This document shows positions 58,051 to 64,000 of a stretch of 64,000 nucleotides of DNA, piece by piece (position 1 is the first letter of the stretch; each line of letters opens with the position of its first letter). The notes under the pieces are model-generated. The model did not search any database and was not told the DNA's origin. It saw nothing but the letters and a program-made list of their open reading frames with translations. The stretch comes from Phoronis australis (Eukaryota; Animalia; Phoronida). The position numbers and the translations under genes are program-made. The stretch covers positions 868,974 through 932,973 of the forward strand of contig NMRA01000114.1 of NCBI GenBank assembly GCA_002633005.1. Reading direction: 5' to 3'.

Positions 58051-58270
58051 TTCTTGGAACTAATATATTTGTGTTTATTATAGCCTTCGAGTTATCAAGC
58101 AACATCGCTAAGTTCAGGTGCTCGTGTGGCCGTATACAGTTTGATCCATAATTTATGCTTTTCAACATCATTTTTCGGCTTAGGACATGCCACAAAATGA
58201 CGGGATATTATTCTGGAGCAGCATAACGGCTGTCTGTGCTACACACGCCATATCAACACCGTTTCCCCAT
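58051..58270 (-). mobile_element. THAP-domain relic of a Harbinger/ISL2EU-type transposon
   Basis: MGKRC*YGVCSTDSRY...PKPKNDVEKHKLWIKL..RPHEHLN...KHKYISSK with stops and frameshifts. Confidence 0.6.
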
Positions 58271-58970
58271 TCTTAGCGGACAATTTCTTGAGCTATAGAC
58301 TAAAGTAAGTTTTACTCGACTACGTGTGGTTTGTCGGGTAAAATGGCGGTTTGGAAACGCAGACGAAGGTGTGCCAAGAATGCTGCGTTCTGATTGGTCA
58401 ATTAAGCCGTCCCTCATAGTCCTGGCGATAGGTCAATTGCTAGTCGCCGACTTTACCACTACACCACGCAGCGACTGACGTCATCAAGAGTGAAAATAGA
58501 AAACTTAAATGAGCACGCGCAATAATCGAATAATTTCCATAAAAATGATATCTTAATTCAGTGAAATTATACTCTCATCTCCTCTTACTTGTAAATCACC
58601 GATCTCCTGTTTGAATGCGGGTATCGTGTCGTCAGGATCTTTGACTTGAGAATTATATTCAGTTACCAGTGGTAACCTATATTAGCAGACGATAATTTCC
58701 CGGTCGAAGCTTAGCGTGAAAAAAAAAACGTTTTTTAAGCTATAATAGTTGGTAAACCTTAATTTATCAATTCAATTTATTTCTATTATATTTAGGTTTT
58801 CAATTGGTTTTGAGTAAAAGCATTATTTGACAAAAATAGCCCGGCTTTTCTTAAAAGGTCACGACCTCCTACCCCGGGCCTCTGACATAGAAAGTAGTTA
58901 CGAAGCCGTGGAGAATCAGAAAAGGTAAATCGATTCATTGCAATGTTTCTCGTTTAGTATGTGGTATAAA

Positions 58971-59131
58971 TAGATTATTACATGTTATCAGCCGTTATCC
59001 CCCTTATCTAGAGCCCTCGTGGATTTTGGAGAATTGTCACCCTCGGGGCTAATGCCCCTCGGGCGATAATTCTCCAAAATCAACTCGGGCTCTAGATAAG
59101 GGGGATAACGACTTCGCCATGTAATAATCTA
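58971..59131. mobile_element. Long palindrome (foldback non-autonomous element)
   Basis: TAGATTATTACATG...GTTATCCCCCTTATCTAGAGCCC...GATTTTGGAGAATT pairs with AATTCTCCAAAATC...GGGCTCTAGATAAGGGGGATAAC...CATGTAATAATCTA. Confidence 0.75.
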
Positions 59132-59516
59132 TATGTATTTATGAGAACACGTGACTTTGGCTAGATTTTAGCTAGGTCCTAGCCACGCCTGCTCGACTCT
59201 GTACAAGATAAGTTTCAGCGACCCAGGTGTCAATTTACTTGACAATGAACTTAGACCCCCTGTGATTATAAAAGACCCGTTGCTTTGCAATATTCCTTGG
59301 GCCCAATGTTCCTCAGAACTGCGATGTTCCAGGCCCTTACCATCTTCTAGCGATATTTTTTATTCTTCTCTCCGTACAACCCTCTCACCGTGAGTAGCGC
59401 CAATTTTCATTCTCAGGGTGGCCAGTCGACCACGTAGATTTTTCAGGCTCGATACTATGGGAAGAATTTTGTTCAGGTTCAAACTGGCCAGTGTAGAAAC
59501 AAAATTATTCTGGGTG

Positions 59517-59656
59517 CAGTGCAGAGTGGTAAAATTAGAGGTAAGTAGGCGCCCAAAGCCCACGGTATCACCTTTAGCACTGAACGTAACTTACGGTGCG
59601 TAGGCTCTACGTTCAAATGCCAAAAGGTGGTTGGCTGCGCCTACGTGCGCCTACCC
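59517..59656. mobile_element. hAT MITE (copy 3), truncated at an assembly N
   Basis: Homologous to 20025-20183. Confidence 0.85.
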
Positions 59657-59732
59657 NAATAGCATTTCTTGCTATTCTAGTCATTTAGTTTCTTATTACC
59701 GCAAACATTCACGTATAATATTCATCTATTAA

Positions 59733-60354
59733 AGGGGAATGCTACCCGATTTAATTAGTCTTTTTTGCCGTTTTAATCGGTCTATATCCACATCGCCTCG
59801 CATACGGTCGCGTTAACCTGTGAGGAAGGTGAGAAACGACGCTAGCGACGTCAATGTTTCATATGCAGAGTGAATGCCGCTATGTTGCGGTGCATCGTTC
59901 CCGCTTGTCCGAACTAAGCTTTTGCGAGGAAAGAGGGTATATCGTTTTTTTACTTCCTCGAGAGTCCGAAATGCTTAGAAACTGGCCCATGGTAGTGAAG
60001 AACTAAATGTACGCTGTAAATAGCAAGTATGAGGCCGTGAAACATCTCCGTGTCTGTGGCCTGCAGACGTCGACAGTGCCTGACGAATGCCGGCTTACCA
60101 AATAACTCCATACGTTCCGTTGTCTGAGCTTGTTCATGGCGCCTCTGTAGTATTTCTTCATCACTGTATTCCTGTTCGAATTGATAGCCTGTAAAACTAA
60201 ACGATCAACCTGCGAAGTCGGGACTGAAGAGCTCTAGCTCGTCCTAAGTCGGGATTGCGACGGTTGCCATGTTGGCGATTATTACTGAGCGTTCTGTTTC
60301 AAAATGAATTATTCTCACCCTAACCAATACTTATATATATCTGAAACAAAGTCT
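59733..60354. mobile_element. Kolobok non-autonomous element, left part (truncated at an N)
   Basis: TTAA|AGGGGAATGCTACCC terminus; about 580 bp homologous to 61531-62135. Confidence 0.7.
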
Positions 60355-60355
60355 N

Positions 60356-61526
60356 AAGAACCCTGAGAAAAGGCGACCTGAAAGTTGAAACGAAAAAGTG
60401 CATCAGCGATGATGTTAGTGTAGCCAGGGATATGTCTTGCCCGAAAATGAACGCTAAAGGTAAGAGCGGAGATGACCAGACGACGAACAAGGGACATAAT
60501 AGGGTGGTGGCGGTAGGAGGTCTTGTTGATAATGTCAACAACGGCACGGTTGTCGCACAGGAAGAGGATCTTGTGATTGGCGAGCTTCGATCCCCACAGC
60601 TCTAGCGCTATGACGAAAAGAAGAAGTTCCTTGAAGGTGATGTGATGGTGATGCAGGTGGTCGGGTCACGGACAGGCAAACCAGGAAGCACCCAGTGTCG
60701 CAGCAAAACCCCCATTAGAACCTGCAGCATCAGAGTACTCTTTGATGGTGTCTGAAGATGTCCACGTCATCAAATAGAAACAGTGTTTTCTCATTGAAAC
60801 CTCGGAGAAAGATAGACCAAACCCAAAGATCCGCTCTAGCTTCTTTATTGAGAGTGACGAAGTGGTCTGGTCTCGAAATTTCAATGGTGAGATTGATGAG
60901 GCGGCGCAGGAAGGCGCAGCCGGGCACTATGACGGAGCAGGCGAAGTTTAGTGGACCAATGAGGGATTGAAGATTGCGAAGAGTAAACTTGCGGTGCTTC
61001 TGGAAGTCGAGGAGGAGGATGGATGCTTTGTCCACCTTTTCCTGTGGGACAGAAGTAGTCATGGTGGTAGAGTCGAGGTGGATGCCATAAATGGTGATGG
61101 AGGTGGTCGACTGAATTGTCTTGTTGTGGTTGATAGGAATGCCTAGGGAGTCGCAAAGTGATATGAATGCGGCAAGGTCCCGGGAGCATGTCGGCGAGGA
61201 TGAGGGCCCACGAAAAGGAAGTCATCGAGGTAGTACGAAACGCAGGCGACCTTCAACTTGGTTTCCAGGATCCATTGAATCGCAGAACTGACCTTCTCGA
61301 AGATGTTGCAGCTGGAGGCACAGTCAAATGGCAGGCACCTGTCGTAGTAGAAGTTGTTTGCTCAGGAGAGACATAAGATGTGGTAGTCGACAGTGTGCAA
61401 ATGTACGATGCGAAAAGCGTCCTTGAAGTCAGTCTTACCCATGAGGGAGTGACGTCCCAACCGTGGTGGATAGCGTCCGTGATGGACTGGTACTGGAATT
61501 GGGAGAAATGAGGGTGTATGAAGGAG
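60356..61526 (-). mobile_element. DIRS/Ngaro-type (tyrosine recombinase) retrotransposon RT-RNase H relic
   Basis: GKTDFKDAFRIV, YYDRCLPFDCASSC, YLDDFLF, LQSLIGPLNFAC..PGCAFLRRL, SDAAGSNGG, HITFKEL, CDNRAVV, RHIPGYTNIIADAL; many frameshifts. Confidence 0.88.
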
Positions 61527-61530
61527 TTAA

Positions 61531-63279
61531 AGGAATATGCCACCCGTCTTTTTTGCCGTCTTAATCCAAATCGCCTCGCATACGGTAGACCTTACCTTGC
61601 CAAGAGGTGTCACGTTAACCTGTGAGGAAGGTGAGAAACGACCCTAGCGACGTCAGTGGTTCATACGCAGAGTGAATGCCGCTAAATTGCGGTGCATCGT
61701 TCTCGCTTGTCCGAACTAAGGACCTGCGAGGAAAGCGGGTATATCGTTTTTTTACTTCATCGAGAGTCCGAAATGCTTAAGAAGTGGCTCATGGTAGTGA
61801 AGAATGAAATGTACGCTGTAAATAGCAAGTATGAGGCCGTTAAACATCTCCGTGTCTGTGGCTTGGAGACGTCGACAGTGCCTGACAAATGCCGGCTTAC
61901 CAAATAACTCCATACGTTCCGTTGTCTGAGCTTGTTCACAGCGCCTCTCTAGTATTTCTTCGTCACTGTGGTCCAGTTCGAATTGATAGCCTGTCAAACT
62001 TAACGATCCACCTGCGAAGTCGGGACTGATGAGCTCTAGCTCGTCCTAAGTCGGGATTGGGAGTTGCCATGATCATGTTGGCGTTTATTACTGAGCGTTC
62101 TGTTTCAAAATTAATTATTCTGACCCTAACCAATTTATAACTGTTTGTCTCATTAGATGCAATTAGTAATGCCTTTTGAGTGTTCGTGAGTGCAAATGAT
62201 TTGAGAAGCCACTGAGCAATGAATAAATCACTGCGTTACCGGCTTTAGGTGCAATAAAACTAATTGACGGGACACCAAGGCTCATACGTGTGATCTCATG
62301 CTAATTTAGTGTTTGCTGGCAGAAACTGTTGTGAAACAACTCGATTTCCATTCCACGGCCAGGTGTTAGGGGAATCTTTATTTACATTTACATTACTCAA
62401 ATAATGATTGCCAATGTACAACTTTTGCCCTGACAGTGCTGTGGCCAAATCGGAACCTGAATTCGCGGCACCCGACGATTAGGTAGATTTGCAGTTTCGT
62501 GGCTAATTCACCAACATAATCAGGTGCACATTACTTTGACTCACTAGTATAGTAAATTNCCCCGACGAGTAAGTAGATTTGCAGTTTCGTGGCTAATTCA
62601 CCAGCATAATCAGGTGCACATTACTTTGGCTCACTAGTATAGTATTTTTCATGACTGGAAGTTTAGTTTCCACTGAACTTTGGCTCGTTTATGTTCGTGA
62701 TGTCTGATCAGTTTCCGAGCCACTGGCCGCCGGAGCGAGTTGATCCGGCCGGCCGCGACAGGCCTGATCGGGCTCCGAGCCACCTGCCAGAATAACAAGC
62801 GTTTTGTGTTTAGAACTCAAAAAATCATAAGTCTAAACAACACAGATCTAGGTTCTCCTGTCTGTATCTCACGGAAAATACTTCGAAATTATCTCCGAAC
62901 AGACCCCTAACTCCTGCTTCGGACCTTATTTGCCTGCCGAACTTTGTAGGCTGCCGGGTGTGTCCAAATACCAATAAATCCGTAAGAGCGAAATAAAACA
63001 ACAAGTTTTTATAAGAACTTGGTGTATTTTTAAAGGTTTTACATAGAAGTTTGATGATTTATTGGCGTTAAACGATGAACTCAAGCGATAAGCTGACACT
63101 AGTAACCCGTGTTGTGAACTGCTGAACAGACTGCGTGTGAAACCGGTGACGTCATTGGATAATTTCAACACCTCCGTCTGCCGTCAGGTGTCAGGTGACG
63201 CAACCTTACGTGTCCTTATGGATTAGAACTACTCGATCTAAATTGATACAAATTAGGTTTTTTTGGGTGGCATGCTCCT
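61531..63279. mobile_element. Kolobok non-autonomous element
   Basis: TTAA flanks (61527-61530, 63280-63283); AG/CT termini; TIR AGGAATATGCCACCC vs AGGAGCATGCCACCC; minus-strand YQFE..SDEE fragment. Spans an N at 62559. Confidence 0.75.
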
Positions 63280-64000
63280 TTAATAACACCTTTGATTTTT
63301 TAGGAAAGCGCCTACTGCTCTATTAAGCTAAGTTCAATTAAGCACCAGGGCACACAACGTGAACTGCCAGCGACATTGGTAAAATCTGCTAACGCAAAAC
63401 CTGGCTTGCATTTTTATTATTTCAAGATCACACACAAATACCCAGTAACGTAGGCAGCAAATTAACCCTGTGAGGCACACTGTCCTTTCCGTCGACATGG
63501 CATCCTCGGTAACCTGACAAAATACATTTCCAGAAAACTAAGTCGTGGAAATTTCATCAAAATAGGTAGAACTTGACACCTTTCCGTGAAGTATGAGAAT
63601 TGTTCAAAATCCGAGAGCTTCCCTTCAAAATCAGGTGTTGGCAAATTTCTGTGGCCTGATTTTTTCGAATGCATGTTTTATCTAATTCACTGCAATCGGA
63701 AAATAAGAGCGGCAGACGACCTCGCAGAAAGCGGAGGTTCCGAAGGCGGCGTGGTTCCTGAAGTTTGCGAGCATGGGAAAAAATAAAGTGACAAAGAGTT
63801 CAAGTATTATATTTTGAAGTAAATCCATCACCCGGGAAAATAATTTGTTACTTGTTGTTATAATTCACATTGCCAAACCACCGTCTCGGAGGCCGTCCTT
63901 GTGCTCGTTGCTATCGTCGATCTTTATCTCTAATAATTCGAACACTCGACTTTCTTCTCTAATAGTTCGTACGGCCAATTTTGTCTCTATTAGCTTTCAA

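Noticed and set aside
59338-59400. AAGATG|GTAAGG as the first exon of the CCP gene
   Set aside because: Phase 0, with no downstream signal-peptide exon found; separated from the array by an assembly N and transposon relics.
62471-62645. ~88-bp tandem repeat
   Set aside because: The two copies abut the N at 62559, so this is most likely an overlapping-contig artefact.

Overview
Intron-rich, AT-rich eukaryotic (metazoan invertebrate-like) genomic DNA with four single-N assembly joins near the right end (57434, 59657, 60355, 62559). Two spliced genes can be read directly and lie convergently. (1) A complete 6-exon UMP-CMP kinase gene (CMPK1, + strand, 19225-25822, 191 aa). (2) A minus-strand gene built from a tandem array of identically sized 186-nt, phase 1-1 exons, each encoding one CCP/sushi domain, strictly alternating between a basic 'A' type and an N-glycosylation-rich 'B/B-prime' type. 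It has 11 intact exons plus one dead A-type pseudo-exon and ends in an exon encoding a GPI-anchor signal; its 5' end is not visible and may lie in or beyond the gap at 57434. The array shows ongoing birth and death, including a 3615-bp tandem duplication with a readable junction. The rest is a dense transposon landscape: tRNA-derived SINEs, hAT MITEs with 8-bp and unusual 5-bp TSDs, PIF/Harbinger and Kolobok elements, a Helentron/HINE-like tandem array, and Penelope, L1/Tx1, CR1/L2 and DIRS relics. A possible orphan minus-strand gene lies near 5-6 kb. All calls are by eye; no database searches were run.
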